DNA of 60,835 nt, filler included, from Globobulimina sp. (lineage: Eukaryota): NCBI GenBank assembly GCA_003354225.1. It is 13 parts of 13 records of this genome, joined end to end, with 100 filler letters (N's around TTAATTAATTAA, not from the genome) between each part and the next. Parts side by side here need not be neighbours in the genome. Positions count along the whole stretch, not along the records: positions 56,256 to 60,835 come from PIVH01001098.1; 12 more parts are not named here. One strand, written 5' to 3'. Positions within the stretch are counted from its first letter, which is position 1. The number at the start of each line of letters is the position of its first letter. The translations under genes were made by a program, and so were the position numbers. The notes under the pieces were generated by a model. It searched no databases. It saw nothing but the letters and a program-made list of their open reading frames with translations, and had not been told where the DNA came from. Below are positions 60,088 to 60,835 of the stretch, piece after piece.

Positions 60088-60835
60088 ATGACGTCTCAAC
60101 AAAAAACAGAAGACTTGAAAGAAGATGAAGATGAAGAAGAAGATAAGAAAAGCGATTTGTCCGCATCATCCTCTTCTGAAACAGATTCAGAAGACGAGTT
60201 AGCTCGGTCCCGTGTGCCAGATGACGACCACCGATGGCAAAAAGTTACATACGATAACGGGGTGAAAAAAATAATATTACGGCAAGGATGGGGTAAGCCC
60301 GCACCAGATGGTAGTGATGCATATGTTGGATATATTGGTAAATTTAAAGATTCGCAGCGTGTATTTGAAGATAACACACAGCTAAAGCCACCATTTAAAT
60401 TTTTAGTGGGGCATTTTCGTGTAATTCGAGCCATTGATATTGCTGTGGCAGCCATGAAAATTGGTGAAAAATGTCTATTACGAAGCAGTTCTCGCTATGC
60501 CTATGGCGAGAAAGGCGAAGGAAGGAAAATTGCGCCAAATAAAGATTTAGACTACGAATTGGAAGTCGTGGATTGGAACGATTGGAAACGCGTCAACAAC
60601 AAAGATGAAGTTCGAAAACGTGTTTTAAAACAAGGCGAAGGCGATATGTATGACGTTCCCGATGCTTCGGCCATTTGCGACATCACATATACGGCGCAAA
60701 TATTTGACGATGAAAAATATCCATCCAATGTGTTTTCCTGTGGCCGACATATTGATTTCATGGTGAATGAGGACCCGACATTGCCGCAAGGCTTTCACGA
60801 AGCCCTTAAATCAATGAATAAATATGAAATTGCAG
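60088..60835 (+). CDS. Multi-domain FKBP-type peptidyl-prolyl isomerase (FKBP4/5-like), 3' partial; absent from the ORF track
   Basis: GVKKIILRQGWG, VIRAIDIAVAAMKIGEK, YAYGEKG..IAPNKDLDYELEVVDW; second domain KRVLKQGEG..LPQGFHEALKSM. Confidence 0.9.
   Translation, partial: MTSQQKTEDLKEDEDEEEDKKSDLSASSSSETDSEDELARSRVPDDDHRWQKVTYDNGVKKIILRQGWGKPAPDGSDAYVGYIGKFKDSQRVFEDNTQLKPPFKFLVGHFRVIRAIDIAVAAMKIGEKCLLRSSSRYAYGEKGEGRKIAPNKDLDYELEVVDWNDWKRVNNKDEVRKRVLKQGEGDMYDVPDASAICDITYTAQIFDDEKYPSNVFSCGRHIDFMVNEDPTLPQGFHEALKSMNKYEIA

Overview
The window is not one locus. It is 13 unrelated contigs of 4580-4594 bp, sorted by decreasing length and joined by artificial 100-nt linkers (N44-TTAATTAATTAA-N44). 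Most of the DNA is a compact, AT-rich eukaryotic nuclear genome with short spliceosomal introns and the standard code. The gene repertoire and style suggest a rhizarian, probably a foraminifer (inference). Recognisable genes include GET3, ATM, a Vms1/ANKZF1-type VLRF1 protein, a mitochondrial carrier, a nitrilase, a kinase, a PPR protein, a sulfotransferase, an ER Hsp70-like protein, a GPCR, a CNG/EAG-type K+ channel, AlkB and an FKBP. At least three contigs carry short bacterial gene fragments fused directly to truncated eukaryotic genes, most likely amplification or assembly chimeras. The highlight is a 5'-truncated Penelope-like retroelement (RT + GIY-YIG) with a minimal, variant-core (U3-A8) hammerhead ribozyme in its 3' region and a triplicated target-derived 15-mer at its 5' junction. 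Other points of interest: a tandem pair of secreted RRL-motif precursor proteins with polycationic and GGM-repeat domains, an intron-containing pesticin-like muramidase, an inactive CHAT-STAND protein, and a recurrent C-rich to G-rich skew along genes. All family assignments come from recalled motifs; no searches were run.
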